Origin: an uncultured Chloroflexia bacterium
GTDB taxonomy: Bacteria; Chloroflexota; Limnocylindria; QHBO01
NCBI GenBank assembly: GCA_963814375.1
Contig: CAWFCQ010000006.1
Span: forward strand, 32,001 to 96,000
Length of the DNA: 64,000 nucleotides
Direction of reading: 5' to 3'
Part shown: positions 29,504 to 39,799 of the stretch, one piece after another
How the letters are laid out: each line of letters begins with the position of its first letter
Position numbering within the stretch: the stretch's first letter is position 1
Program-made: the position numbers and the translations under genes
Notes under the pieces: generated by a model
Databases searched by the model: none
The model's input: the letters and a program-made list of their open reading frames with translations, nothing else
Told to the model about the DNA's origin: nothing

Positions 29504-30802
29504 GTGAAGCTCAAGAGAACGGTCATGCACGCCACCTCCGGCCTCTGGTTCCTGCCGGTGATGTGCGTGCTTGCGGGAGCGCTGCTCTCGTTCGGAACGA
29601 TCTGGCTGGACCGATCGTTCGACTACCAGGCGATCTCGAGCGACTACGTCGGCGGACCAGAGGCGGCCACCGCCACCCTCCAGACGATCGCGGTGGCCAT
29701 GGTGAGCCTGACGGCGCTGGTCCTCACGATCACGATGGTCGTGGTCCAGCTGGCGATGGGCCAGTTCTCGCCACGCATCGTCCAGCGCATCCTCCAGGAC
29801 AAGCCAAGCCAGCTGGCGATCGGCCTCTTCGTCGCGACCTTCGTGCACGCGATCCTGACCCTGCGCGAGGTCCGGATCGACGGGGACGGTACCGGGCAGG
29901 TGCCGGGAATCGCGGTCGTCACCGCGTATGTGCTCGTCCTCGCCAGCATTGCCGTGCTCGTCCTCTACGTCCACCACATCGGGCAGTCGCTCCGGGTCTC
30001 GGCTCTCATCGAGCTCGTCGGAGCGGACACGCGCAAGCTCCTCGATCGTCTCTATCCGTCCACGTCGGGCGCAGGGCAGTCGCGGTCTTCGACGGATCCG
30101 GTGATTCGGGCGCGCAAGTCCGGGGTCATCGTGAAGATCGGGCATGGCGAGCTCGTCGAGGAGGCTCGGCGCGCCGACTGCACGCTCGAGCTGGTTCCCG
30201 CCCTGGGGATCTTCGTTCCGGCCGATGCGGAGCTGTTCCGGATCCACGGCGAGGCCCGCGGCCTCGACCATGAGCGGCTGCACGACGCTCTGATCCTGAA
30301 GCTGGAGCCGACCCTCGACGAAGACGTCGCGTACGGCATCCGGCTGCTCGTCGACATCGCGGAGCGGTCTCTGGCCGAGTCTCCGTTCCAGGATCCGACC
30401 ACCGCTGTTCAGGCGATCGATCGCATCCATGACGTTCTTCGCCAGCTGGTCAACCGGCCGTTTCCCGATGGCCGGCACCGTGACGACGAGGGCGTCGTCC
30501 GGCTGACCGTGCCGGTGATGAGCTGGCGCGCATACGTGCACCTGGCATTCGACGAGATCCGCATCGCCGGCGCCGGCTCACCGCCTGTCGTCCGGCGGCT
30601 GGTTGCGGCGCTGAACGACCTGCGGGCCATCGCGCCCGACGAGCGTGCCGGCATCCTGGACGAGCAGCTGGAGCTTCTCCAGACCGCAACCCTGGCGTCG
30701 ATGCGCGACGAGCGTGACGCCAGGGCCGCTCTCGGCCTCGCGCTGACTGCGATGATGGGCGTGGCCACGGACCCGGAGAGCAGGAGGACGCACCGATGGT
30801 GA
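29504..30802 (+). CDS. DUF2254 family membrane protein
   Basis: QLA..QFSPR, DIAERSL...DPTTAVQ. Confidence 0.85.
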   Translation: MKLKRTVMHATSGLWFLPVMCVLAGALLSFGTIWLDRSFDYQAISSDYVGGPEAATATLQTIAVAMVSLTALVLTITMVVVQLAMGQFSPRIVQRILQDKPSQLAIGLFVATFVHAILTLREVRIDGDGTGQVPGIAVVTAYVLVLASIAVLVLYVHHIGQSLRVSALIELVGADTRKLLDRLYPSTSGAGQSRSSTDPVIRARKSGVIVKIGHGELVEEARRADCTLELVPALGIFVPADAELFRIHGEARGLDHERLHDALILKLEPTLDEDVAYGIRLLVDIAERSLAESPFQDPTTAVQAIDRIHDVLRQLVNRPFPDGRHRDDEGVVRLTVPVMSWRAYVHLAFDEIRIAGAGSPPVVRRLVAALNDLRAIAPDERAGILDEQLELLQTATLASMRDERDARAALGLALTAMMGVATDPESRRTHRW

Positions 30803-31225
30803 TCGACCCGGCGACGGAGAAGGGCGCACGCGCCGACGCGCGACTGCGTGGCGAGGCCGTCGCGTGGCTCGTCACCGTCGCGAGCGACGGGCACGCCGGT
30901 GCCGACGCCGGTCTGGTTCTGGTGGGACGGCGAGACGATCCTCGTCTACTCGCAGCGCGACAAGCCGAAGCTGCGCCACATCGCGGCCAACCCGATGGTG
31001 TCCTTCGCCATGCGCACGGACGAGCTCGGTGACGAGATCACGGTGGTGACCGGCGAGGCGGCGGTCGATCCATCGGCGCCGCAGGCGGACGAGCTGCCGG
31101 GCTATGTCGAGAAGTACGGTGAGCTGATCGCGCGGCTGGGATCCGAGCCGGGCCCTTTCGCCCGCGAGTACACGGTTCCTGTCCGCATCACGCCGACGAA
31201 GTTGCGCCAGTGGAGGGCCGGCTAG
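30796..31225 (+). CDS. PPOX-class F420-dependent oxidoreductase (TIGR03667-like), frameshift near 30890
   Basis: VAWLVTV..DG.P / PTPVWFWWDG...K...I..NP.V, Y.EKY. Confidence 0.8.
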
Positions 31226-31803
31226 GCTCCCGGCGGGTCAGCTCCGAGTGCCCGCCTCGCGGGTAGACGATGATCAGGCGCGCCGGCTCATCGCCGATCG
31301 CCTCAGCGTCGTGCGGCAGCGTGCCGTCGAGCAGGACGTAGTCGCCCGCTCCGGCCTCCACCACCGACTCTCCCTGCGTGATCCGAACCCGGCCCGACGA
31401 GGATGATGTGGTGCTCGTCGCCGGGATGGGCGTGGAAGCCGGTGCGGTAGCCCGCCGGCATCGAGCCCTCGAAGATCGCGACGTCGCGGGCGATCCCGCC
31501 GTCGACCTGCGACATCGCGCCAGCGCCGCGCGGTAGACGCCTCCGCGGGCGCTCGGAGGCGCGAACGACGCGCGGCCCGACGCTCTGATCGAGCAGGAAC
31601 CAGGCGATCGGCACGTCCAGGGCATCGGCGAGGGCGGAGAGCGTCTCGAGGGATGGCGACGCCTTGTCGTTCTCGACCTGGCTGAGGTAGCCGACGTTCA
31701 GGCCGGTCCGCTCGGCGACGCCGGAGAGGGTCAGGCCCCGATCCTGCCGCCTCCGCTTGATCTGGGCGCCGACCAGGGGCCGCCGCCGGGGCGCATCGGT
31801 CAT
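31188..31803 (-). CDS. XRE-HTH + cupin transcriptional regulator, frameshift near 31390 (3' end uncertain)
   Basis: LTLS.VA..TGL..GYLSQVE....PSL; H.HPG.E; cupin continues in shifted frame. Confidence 0.8.
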
Positions 31804-31833
31804 GGGCGGCAGTATGCCGTAGGACAAACCCTA

Positions 31834-31900
31834 TTGACAAGAGCCAAACTATGCGCGCATGATATGCGCAACAACAAAAGGGTATGGGCAATAGCCATAC
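31834..31900 (+). promoter_or_regulatory. Promoter and candidate XRE operator
   Basis: TTGACA at 31834; GCGCAT-gat-ATGCGC palindrome at 31855-31869 over the -10 region. Confidence 0.55.
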
Positions 31901-31940
31901 ACCGACGCGATATCCCGCGAGAAAGGAAGGAAGGACAATC

Positions 31941-32552
31941 ATGAAGGTCGCCATCATCGGAGCCGGCAACGTCGGCAAGGCGCTGGCAACCGCGATCACG
32001 CGCGCCGGTCACGACGTGACCATCGCCGCGAAGCACCCGGAACACGCCCGAGCGGTCGCCGAGGCGACCGGCGCCCAGCCGGCCGATAACAACGCCACGG
32101 CCGCTGCCGGCGCCGAGATCGTCATCCTCGCCGTCCCGCATGACGCGGCCGAGAACGAGGTGGCGCCCGAGATCGAGGCCGGGGTCGCCGGCAAGCCGGT
32201 GATCGATGTCTCGAACCCGCTGAGGCCGGATCTCTCCGGGCTGGCAACGGACACCTCGGCCGCGGAGGAGATCCAGCAGCGTCTCCCCGAGGCAAAGGTC
32301 GTCAAGGCGTTCAACACGATCTTCGCCTCACGCCAGGCTGATCCGAGTCGAGAGATCGATGCCTTCGTCGCTGCCGACGACGAGAAGGCGAAGCGGCAGG
32401 TGATCTCGCTGGTCGAGTCGATGGGCTTCAGCCCGCTCGACGTCGGACCGCTCAGCACGGCCCGCTTCCTCGAGGGGATGGCCCTCATCAACATCGGCCT
32501 CAACGCGCACAATGGCTGGGGCTGGACCTCGGCCTGGCACCTGGAGCGATAG
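31941..32552 (+). CDS. NADPH-dependent F420 reductase-like oxidoreductase
   Basis: IIGAGNVG, VIDVSNP, VVKAFNT; AAGGAAGGAAGG RBS. Confidence 0.88.
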   Translation: MKVAIIGAGNVGKALATAITRAGHDVTIAAKHPEHARAVAEATGAQPADNNATAAAGAEIVILAVPHDAAENEVAPEIEAGVAGKPVIDVSNPLRPDLSGLATDTSAAEEIQQRLPEAKVVKAFNTIFASRQADPSREIDAFVAADDEKAKRQVISLVESMGFSPLDVGPLSTARFLEGMALINIGLNAHNGWGWTSAWHLER

Positions 32553-32559
32553 GAAACCG

Positions 32560-33039
32560 ATGCCGATCACGAACCTCAACCACGCCGTCCTGTTTGTCCG
32601 CGACGCCGATGCGGCGGCAGCCTTCTATGCGGAGGCGTTCGGGTTCGTCGAGCTGAGCCGGCCGCCGGGGATGCGCGCCGCCTTCATGCGGTCGCCGGCT
32701 GGCGGCAACCATCACGACCTCGGGCTGTTCGAGGTCGGGCCGCAGGCGGGCCGCCCGCCACGGGGCTCGGTCGGCCTCTACCACCTGGCGTGGGAGATCG
32801 ACACGATCGAGGGCCTCGCCGAGATGGCGGCCTCGCTGCGCGAGCTCGGTGCCCTCAGCGGCATGTCCGACCACGGCGTCAGCAAGTCGCTCTATGGACG
32901 CGACCCCGACGGCAACGAGTTCGAGGTGATGTGGCGGGTGCCGCAGGAGGCATGGGGCCAATTCGAGGACGAGGCCACCGTCATGCCGCTCGACCTCGAG
33001 GCCGAAGTGAAGCGGTGGGGCGCGGGCACGCCGGCGTGA
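32560..33039 (+). CDS. VOC/glyoxalase family protein
   Basis: LNHAVL.V, NHHDLGL, GLYHLAW, DHG.SKSLY..DPDGNEFE. Confidence 0.9.
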   Translation: MPITNLNHAVLFVRDADAAAAFYAEAFGFVELSRPPGMRAAFMRSPAGGNHHDLGLFEVGPQAGRPPRGSVGLYHLAWEIDTIEGLAEMAASLRELGALSGMSDHGVSKSLYGRDPDGNEFEVMWRVPQEAWGQFEDEATVMPLDLEAEVKRWGAGTPA

Positions 33040-33064
33040 TCACGGTTCCGTCTCGACGACGAGC

Positions 33065-33412
33065 TCAGTTGAGCTGGCTCTCCCAGTCCTGCGGGACACG
33101 CCCGGCCGGACCGGGGACGGGCTGATCGGCAGGGTGATGGTGCGGAGCGGCCAGCTCGGGGCCCTCACCGACCTGGTCTGACGGGAAGTCGTAGAACCAG
33201 TCCTCGCCCGGCTCGAAGGTCTGGATGATCGGATGCCCCTCGTCACTCGCGTGCTTGCGGGCATGCTGCGACGGAGACGTGTCGCAACAACCGATGTGGC
33301 CGCAGCGCGCGCACCGACGCAGGTGATACCACCATCCGTCGGTCGCCAGGCACTCCGCGCATCCTGTCCCGCTCGGCGGCACGGTCAGGTCGATCGCGTC
33401 GGCGTCCGGCAT
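33065..33412 (-). CDS. UBP-type zinc finger protein
   Basis: C..C...W.HLR.C..CGH.GCCD.SP..HA..H. Confidence 0.9.
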   Translation of the reverse strand: MPDADAIDLTVPPSGTGCAECLATDGWWYHLRRCARCGHIGCCDTSPSQHARKHASDEGHPIIQTFEPGEDWFYDFPSDQVGEGPELAAPHHHPADQPVPGPAGRVPQDWESQLN

Positions 33413-33416
33413 CGCC

Positions 33417-33905
33417 TCAGCCCTGGACGAGGCCGTCGAGCTGGTCGGCGTGCTCCTCGAGATGGTTGGCGATGAACGTCTCGAATATCTGCTGCACCGT
33501 CATCTCGCCGCGCACGGGGTGGATGCCGCGCGTCCGCCAGTCATCGGCGGACAGGCTTCGCGCCGTGTCGGTGACCTCCCCCAGCGAGGCACGCACCCGC
33601 TGAAGCAGCGCCGCCGGATCGGTGTGCCGCTCCCGCTCGATGCCGGCAAGCCGACCCGCATCGGTCTTGACCCGGCCGAAGGGGATCGGCTCGTTCGTGG
33701 GGCGAGCGACCACCCGTCGCGCCTGGCCCAGCCAGTAGTCGGGGAACTCGGCAAGGTGGGACCACACCTGGCCCGCTTCCCAGCGTTCCTCGCCACCCGG
33801 GTCGGGCTCGGTCAACCCCGACGGCACGGGTGCATCGGCATGCTCGGACAGGCGTCGCTCGGCGGCGGCGAGCCGGGCGATGAGGTCGTCGACGGCGGCG
33901 CTCAT
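33417..33905 (-). CDS. DinB superfamily protein
   Basis: W...QV..HL, G.HP..G, H.EEH..Q. Confidence 0.8.
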   Translation of the reverse strand: MSAAVDDLIARLAAAERRLSEHADAPVPSGLTEPDPGGEERWEAGQVWSHLAEFPDYWLGQARRVVARPTNEPIPFGRVKTDAGRLAGIERERHTDPAALLQRVRASLGEVTDTARSLSADDWRTRGIHPVRGEMTVQQIFETFIANHLEEHADQLDGLVQG

Positions 33906-34891
33906 GCGGGCCGCTCCACGACGCTCGCCGTCAGCTCGCCGAGACGCTCGATCGCCAGGCTGACGCTGTCGCCCGGCTCCAGGTATCGCTTCAGCACCTC
34001 GTCCTTGATCTCCAGGAGGCACCCGGTACCCACGGTGCCCGAGCCGATGAGATCGCCGGGCCGCAGCCGAACGTCGGCGCTGGCGCGCTCGATCATCTGG
34101 CCGAAGCTGAAGTGGGCGCTCGACCACGTTCCACGCGAGAGCTCGACGCCGTTGACCGATGCCGTCATGGCCAGATCGTAGCCGGTGCCGCGCTTGACGT
34201 CGGCAAGCTCGTCGGGTGTGACCAGCCACGGGCCGATGGAGGAGGCGAAGTCCTTGCCCTTCGCCGGGCCGAGCCGAACGGTCGTCTCCTCGCGCTGGAG
34301 ATCGCGCGCGCTCCAGTCGTTGAGGATCGTGTAGCCACCGATCGCCTCCTCGCCACGCCCCTCCTCGAGGTCGCGGACCGGCGTGTCCACCACCGCGGCC
34401 ACCTCGAGCTCGTAGTCGAGCTCGGTGCTGCCCCGGGGTGCCCACACCGGCTCGCCGGGTCCACGGATCTCGGAGACATTGCTGAAGTAGAAGATCGGGA
34501 GCCGATACCAGGCCTCGGGAATCTCCATCTCGCGCCGCTTCCACATCGTGCCGACGTGGCGCTCGAAGGCGTAGAAGTCCCTGAACGTGGGCGGCGCCAG
34601 GATGGGCGGGCCGAAGTCGAGCGTTGACGCGTCGAGCGGGGCCCCCGGCTCGGCCTCGAGCAGGTCCGCCAGCGCGTCGACCCGCAGGCCGGCGGCGAGA
34701 TGTGCATCGAGGGTGGTGATCGGCTGGCGAAAGAGGGCACTGTTGTGGGCCCGTGCGGGCTCGGCGGCGACGAGGTGCCGGCGCGCACCCTCGAGATCGA
34801 GCCAGCCGGCGCCGGCGGGATCGAGCGATGCGGCGAGGCGCCATGGGGTCCCGGCGGGCGCCCGGCGCTCGCGGACGTGGGCGATCTTCAT
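33902..34891 (-). CDS. Fumarylacetoacetate hydrolase family protein
   Basis: RDFYAFE.H, LDYELE, NDWSARDLQ, KGKDF, GSGT. Confidence 0.92.
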   Translation of the reverse strand: MKIAHVRERRAPAGTPWRLAASLDPAGAGWLDLEGARRHLVAAEPARAHNSALFRQPITTLDAHLAAGLRVDALADLLEAEPGAPLDASTLDFGPPILAPPTFRDFYAFERHVGTMWKRREMEIPEAWYRLPIFYFSNVSEIRGPGEPVWAPRGSTELDYELEVAAVVDTPVRDLEEGRGEEAIGGYTILNDWSARDLQREETTVRLGPAKGKDFASSIGPWLVTPDELADVKRGTGYDLAMTASVNGVELSRGTWSSAHFSFGQMIERASADVRLRPGDLIGSGTVGTGCLLEIKDEVLKRYLEPGDSVSLAIERLGELTASVVERPA

Positions 34892-34902
34892 CGGCGCCCA
34901 GT

Positions 34903-36240
34903 CTAGGGTGGCGCCTGGCGCCGGAGCCGCTGCCATCGGCTCAGGGCGCGATGGTTCTCCGCATCGGTGAGCACACGGTCGCCGTACTGAGCGAGCGCGT
35001 AGTCCGCCTGGAGCCCGGCCAGCTCGGGTCCGGCCACCACACGGCGTGCATGGGATCGGGGTGTCTCGTGCTCGGCGCGGGCGGCCGGCGGCCGACGGAC
35101 GGCAAGGTCGTCGAGCGCGGCGAGATAGGCGGTGACCGCGTCGTGCGGGGCCGCCCGCCGCGGGCCGGACACAGAGGGCCCACGCGCTGGTCGGACGCGC
35201 GACGAACGTTGCGGGATGCGGAATGAGCGCTCGTCAGTGCCGGCGCGCCCGAGCCGGCCGACCCTTCGCCGGAGCCAGACGCGCGCGAGCACGAGCACCA
35301 CCACGACGAGCACGATCCACAGCACGAGGAGCCCGGTGAGCGGCCCGCGGACCTGCTCGAACTCGTAGGCCTCCGGGAACGCCATGCGCCCGAGCTGCTC
35401 CGGCGTCATCGGCTGCGGCAGCTGGATCCCGAGCGAGCGAAGGGCCGATGCGAGCACGACTGCCACCAGCGCAGCCACGGTCAGTCCGCCGATCAGGAGG
35501 TAGCCGAAGCCGGTGACGATGGGGCCAAGGATGCCGCGGGCGACCGCGTCACCCGGCAGGCCGAGCAGCATGCTGGTCGGGATTCCGATCGCCAGCACCA
35601 CGACGATCACGCCGAAGACCGTGCCGAGCCACGACCTGTCGTGGCGCCAGTCCACGCCGGTCTCGCGGCCGATCTCGCGGAGGCGAGCCAGCCCGGCGGC
35701 GATGAAGCCGGCGGTCACGAACGTGAGGCTGGCGACGAACGCCTCCTCGGTGAAGACGGGCCGCAGCACGCCCGATCCGAGCTGGCCGATCACCCACGGG
35801 ATGGCAAGCAGCGGGATGCCAAACAGCACGAAGCGCGTGATCTCCCGGTCGTCGACCTCGATTCCGCGTCCGACTCCGCGCATGCCCGCGACGACCATCA
35901 GCCAACCGCCGGGATGCAGGGTGATCGCCGTCAGCGGGTCGCCGGCCAGGAGCGTCTCGCGGACTCGGTCATCCCACAGCCAGCCGACGAGGCCGAGGGC
36001 CGCAAGCAGGACGAGGAACCTTCCGAAATCGACGTCCGGGTCGAGCCAGCGCCGATGCACGAGCAACGCCGCGATCCCGGCGGCCAGGGCGAGCTCGAGC
36101 GTACCGAGCAGCGGCTGGCGATGGTCGACCGCGGTCTCGATGGCGACGTAGAAGACGGCGAGGAAGGCACCCTCGGCCACGATGGCCAGCGTCGGAAGCA
36201 GCCAGCCGAGGACGCGGTCAGCGGGCCAGGGCGAGCGCAT
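34903..36240 (-). CDS. DUF4129-containing membrane protein
   Basis: Multi-TM; C-terminal AY...R..HETP...Y..A.YG. Confidence 0.75.
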   Translation of the reverse strand: MRSPWPADRVLGWLLPTLAIVAEGAFLAVFYVAIETAVDHRQPLLGTLELALAAGIAALLVHRRWLDPDVDFGRFLVLLAALGLVGWLWDDRVRETLLAGDPLTAITLHPGGWLMVVAGMRGVGRGIEVDDREITRFVLFGIPLLAIPWVIGQLGSGVLRPVFTEEAFVASLTFVTAGFIAAGLARLREIGRETGVDWRHDRSWLGTVFGVIVVVLAIGIPTSMLLGLPGDAVARGILGPIVTGFGYLLIGGLTVAALVAVVLASALRSLGIQLPQPMTPEQLGRMAFPEAYEFEQVRGPLTGLLVLWIVLVVVVLVLARVWLRRRVGRLGRAGTDERSFRIPQRSSRVRPARGPSVSGPRRAAPHDAVTAYLAALDDLAVRRPPAARAEHETPRSHARRVVAGPELAGLQADYALAQYGDRVLTDAENHRALSRWQRLRRQAPP

Positions 36241-37459
36241 CGGCCTCTCTCCAGGATGGGTCGAGCGAACCGGTCTCGGCATCGATCCCCGCCGCGGCCG
36301 CCGTCAACCGATGCTCGCCGCGCGCCGCGCCGGTCGCGACGAAGCGGACCGCGTAGCCGGAGCGCGCCAGCCTCCGCATCGGCTCGAGGTAGGGGCTCGG
36401 ATCTCGCGCGCTGATGACGAGGACGGTGCCGCCCGGGGCGAGACGGCGTGGCACGACCGCGAGGAGCTGCTCGAAGGGCAGGGAGAGGATCGGCTGAATG
36501 CGGGCGAGGAGGTCCTCGATCCGCCCGAGCTGTCCCGGCGCGCTCGACGGCGGCAGGTACGCCCAACGCCGGCCGCCGGCCAGCTGCGCGCCGATGAGGA
36601 GGCCGGCCGCCGCACCATCGCGCAGGAAGCGCCGCGAGAGCGAGGCAGCAGAGACACACAGTCCCTCGAGCTCGTCGTCATCGAACAGCATCAGCCAGTG
36701 CGGCCCGGGCACGGTCTGGAGATCGAGGGCGATCAGCACCTGTCGCTCGTTGACGGGCTCGAACCGACGGCTGACCGGCCGGCCGATGCGGGCGGTGGCG
36801 CGCCAGTGGATGCGGCGAGGCGGGTCGCCCGGCTGGTAGGCGCGCACCCCGGCGAAGCGCGATGGATCGCTGAACAGGCTGGTGGCGGTCCGCGTCGCGC
36901 CCAGCGGCGAGCGAGCAGGTTCGGTCGGGCGCACGGGCACGGTCCGCGGTCGGACGAGCAGCTCGCCGGGCAGCTCCCTCTCTTCGGCGTTCGTTCCTCG
37001 CTCGAAAAGGTCGCTGACGGTGAGACGCACCGGTCCGAACGTGAAGACCCCTCGGCGTCGGGCGTCGATCGCCAGGTGACGGACGACGCGCTCGTACCAG
37101 AGCAGGGACCACGCGTTCTGGAGCGTCGCGCGGCCAGGCCGGTCGCTCGGGCCGAGCTTTCGGCCGACGATGCGCAGTGAATCGGTGACGTGATCGTCCG
37201 CGACGAGCAGCGGGACCGGGAGCAGCTTCTGGTTCCAGACCTCGAGCTCGAGCGGGACCTCGTCGCCCCACACCGCGCGATCAGTGCCGATGCGACGCTC
37301 GAACACCACGCGCTCGAGCCCGTAGCGTGACCACAGCGTGGTGAGCCATCGGCTGAGGACGGTCAGCCCTCCGACCAGCAGCAGGCCCGGCGCGCCAACC
37401 GCCGCACCGACGAGGATCATCGCCAGGCCGATCAGCGTCCAGCCGCCCATGCTGGGCAT
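36218..37459 (-). CDS. DUF58 protein
   Basis: RRG.F..GP, GVRAYQPGD..RRIHW.ATAR. Confidence 0.9.
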   Translation of the reverse strand: MPSMGGWTLIGLAMILVGAAVGAPGLLLVGGLTVLSRWLTTLWSRYGLERVVFERRIGTDRAVWGDEVPLELEVWNQKLLPVPLLVADDHVTDSLRIVGRKLGPSDRPGRATLQNAWSLLWYERVVRHLAIDARRRGVFTFGPVRLTVSDLFERGTNAEERELPGELLVRPRTVPVRPTEPARSPLGATRTATSLFSDPSRFAGVRAYQPGDPPRRIHWRATARIGRPVSRRFEPVNERQVLIALDLQTVPGPHWLMLFDDDELEGLCVSAASLSRRFLRDGAAAGLLIGAQLAGGRRWAYLPPSSAPGQLGRIEDLLARIQPILSLPFEQLLAVVPRRLAPGGTVLVISARDPSPYLEPMRRLARSGYAVRFVATGAARGEHRLTAAAAGIDAETGSLDPSWREADALALAR

Positions 37460-38448
37460 CAGGCCACCGACGCGCCGACGCCCACCGAGACCTCCCCGAC
37501 GATCGTGGCCAGGGCGCCGGCCGCGGTCGCGCCGCGGAGCTCCCGATCGACATCCACCACGAGCCGATGGGTCAGCACCGGCGCGACGAGCTCGACCACA
37601 TCATCGGGCAGGACGAAGTCGCGTCCGGTCAGGTACGCGGACGCCTGTGCCGCGCGATAGAGCGCAACGCTGGCGCGCGGGCTCGCGCCGAGCTGGAGGT
37701 CCTCGTGCTCCCGGGTCGCGCGGACGAGCCTCACGAGGTAGCGCTCGACCTCGTCGCTCACGGTGACCGATCGGACCGCCTGACGGAGGGCCGGGAGCTC
37801 GTGCGTGTCGAGCACCGCCCCCACGGCGTCGAGCGGCTCGGCCGTCTCGCGATACCGGCGGGAGATTGCGCGCTCATCGGCCTCGTCCGGGTAGCCGATG
37901 GCGATCCGCACCAGGAACCGATCGAGCTGTGCCTCCGGCAGCGCGAAGGTGCCCTCGAGCTCGACGGGGTTCTGGGTCGCCATCACCAGGAACGGCGCCG
38001 GCAGCGGGCGGGTCTCACCGTCCACGCTCACCTGGCGCTCCTGCATCGCCTCGAGCAGGGCGGACTGCGTTCGCGGCGTGGCGCGGTTGATCTCGTCCAC
38101 CAACAGCACGTTGGTGAAGATCGGCCCGGGGATGAATCGGAAGGCGCCATCGGCCAGGACGCTGCTGCCGGTGACGTCGCTGGGCAGCAGGTCAGGCGTG
38201 CCCTGGATGCGTCCGAACGTCAGGCCGAGGGAGCGGGCGAACGCGTGCGCCAGCAGGGTCTTGCCCACGCCTGGCACGTCCTCGATCAACGCGTGACCCT
38301 CCGCCAGCAGAGCGACCGTCATGAGGCGAAGGGGCGCATCGGCGCCGATGACCGCACGGGCCACGGCGTCGCGCAGGCCGCCCCAGAGGCGTTCGCCGGC
38401 GTGCGGATCGGTCAAGGAGCTCTCCCGTCGTTCGTTCACACCGAGCAT
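37459..38448 (-). CDS. MoxR family AAA+ ATPase
   Basis: EDVPGVGKT, DEINRA.P.TQSALLEAM, ATQNP.E.EGT, LPEAQLDRF. Confidence 0.95.
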   Translation of the reverse strand: MLGVNERRESSLTDPHAGERLWGGLRDAVARAVIGADAPLRLMTVALLAEGHALIEDVPGVGKTLLAHAFARSLGLTFGRIQGTPDLLPSDVTGSSVLADGAFRFIPGPIFTNVLLVDEINRATPRTQSALLEAMQERQVSVDGETRPLPAPFLVMATQNPVELEGTFALPEAQLDRFLVRIAIGYPDEADERAISRRYRETAEPLDAVGAVLDTHELPALRQAVRSVTVSDEVERYLVRLVRATREHEDLQLGASPRASVALYRAAQASAYLTGRDFVLPDDVVELVAPVLTHRLVVDVDRELRGATAAGALATIVGEVSVGVGASVA

Positions 38449-38483
38449 AGGGGTCCGATGGGGTCCCGGTTCATGCGGGTATC

Positions 38484-39554
38484 GTGACGGCGACCGTGCC
38501 GATCCCTCTCATCGCCTCAGATCACCACCTCGAGCACGACGGCCTCGTCGAGCTCGTCGCCGGGCGCGAGGTTCCGTGCTACGAGTCGCCCGAGCGCGCG
38601 ACGGCCATCCGGGAGGCGCTGCTCGCCACCGGCGCCTACGCGCTGGAAGCGCCCGAGCAGCACGGTCCCGATCCGATCGCCGCCGTCCACGAGCTCGAGC
38701 TGATCGACCTCGTCGAGCATGTGTGGACCGATGCCGTGGCCGCCGGCCACGACCCAGGCCGGCCGATCCTGCCGGACACGTTCCTGCTGGGTGCATATGC
38801 CGGCGCCATGAGCCTTGAGCAGCTTCCCGTTTCGCGGCGTGACCGCCTCGGCGCGTACTGCTTCGACACAGCCACGCCGATCGTGGCCGGTACCGCCGAT
38901 GCCGCGCTGGCATCGGTCGACATCGCGCTCACGGCGCTCGACCGCGTGCTCACCGGAGCGCCGCTCGCCTACGGACTGTGCCGTCCGCCGGGCCATCACG
39001 CCGGGCGCAATCTCATCGGCGGCTACTGCTTCTTCAACAACGCCGCCATCGTGGCAGAGGCGGTCGTGGCGCGCGGGGCCGAGCGCGCGGCGATCCTCGA
39101 CATCGACTTCCACCACGGCAACGGCACGCAGCAGATCTTCTGGGATCGCGGAGACATCCTCTACGTCAGCCTGCATGGCGACCCGCGCGGGATCTACCCG
39201 TACTACTCGGGCTTCGCGACCGAGCGTGGCGCCGATGCCGGCGAGGGCGCCACCCTCAACCTGCCACTGCCGCCCGGGACCGATGGCGACGCCTACCTCG
39301 CCGCCCTCGAGGAGGCGCTCGCCGCCATCCGCAGCTTCGATGCCGATGCTCCGCTCATCGTGTCGCTCGGCTTCGACACCTACCACGCCGACCCGATCTG
39401 CAACCTCGCGCTCCAGACCGATGATTACGCACGGATCGGCGCGGCGATCGCGGGCCTGCGGATGCCGGTCGTCACGCTCCAGGAGGGCGGCTACGCGGTC
39501 GAGGCCCTCGGCGCCAACGCGGTTTCCTTCCTCGGCGGCCTCGGCTCGGTCTGA
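38484..39554 (+). CDS. Histone deacetylase family protein (acetylpolyamine amidohydrolase-like)
   Basis: E.P.R, RPPGHHA, GYCFFNN, DIDFHHGNGTQ, QEGGY. Confidence 0.92.
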   Translation: MTATVPIPLIASDHHLEHDGLVELVAGREVPCYESPERATAIREALLATGAYALEAPEQHGPDPIAAVHELELIDLVEHVWTDAVAAGHDPGRPILPDTFLLGAYAGAMSLEQLPVSRRDRLGAYCFDTATPIVAGTADAALASVDIALTALDRVLTGAPLAYGLCRPPGHHAGRNLIGGYCFFNNAAIVAEAVVARGAERAAILDIDFHHGNGTQQIFWDRGDILYVSLHGDPRGIYPYYSGFATERGADAGEGATLNLPLPPGTDGDAYLAALEEALAAIRSFDADAPLIVSLGFDTYHADPICNLALQTDDYARIGAAIAGLRMPVVTLQEGGYAVEALGANAVSFLGGLGSV

Positions 39555-39708
39555 TCGACGGCAACCAGGACGGCTCGCCACCGCGGTCGGAGCCTCCCAC
39601 CATTCTCTTCCTGACTATCGAGAGCAGCGCAGTCGAGTGAGGCGCGGCGGCGCTTGAGTCGTATCTCAGTCAGTGGCACCACGATTGCGAATGCGAGCAA
39701 CCCTTGGC

Positions 39709-39767
39709 TTGACACACCCTAGACAAACGCTGTAATCTCGCGACCGAATCTGTACAAACAATGGACA
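39709..39767 (+). promoter_or_regulatory. sigma70 promoter overlapped by 11-bp-spaced TnnACA repeats (CarH/LitR-like operator)
   Basis: TTGACA 39709, TAGACA 39720, TGTAAT 39731, TGTACA 39751, TGGACA 39762. Confidence 0.65.
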
Positions 39768-39799
39768 CTATGCTTCTCAGCGACGCACAGCCGAAGCGC

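Noticed and set aside
34903-38448. MoxR-DUF58-DUF4129 triad as a novel system
   Set aside because: A widespread, already recognised gene arrangement; nothing unusual seen here.
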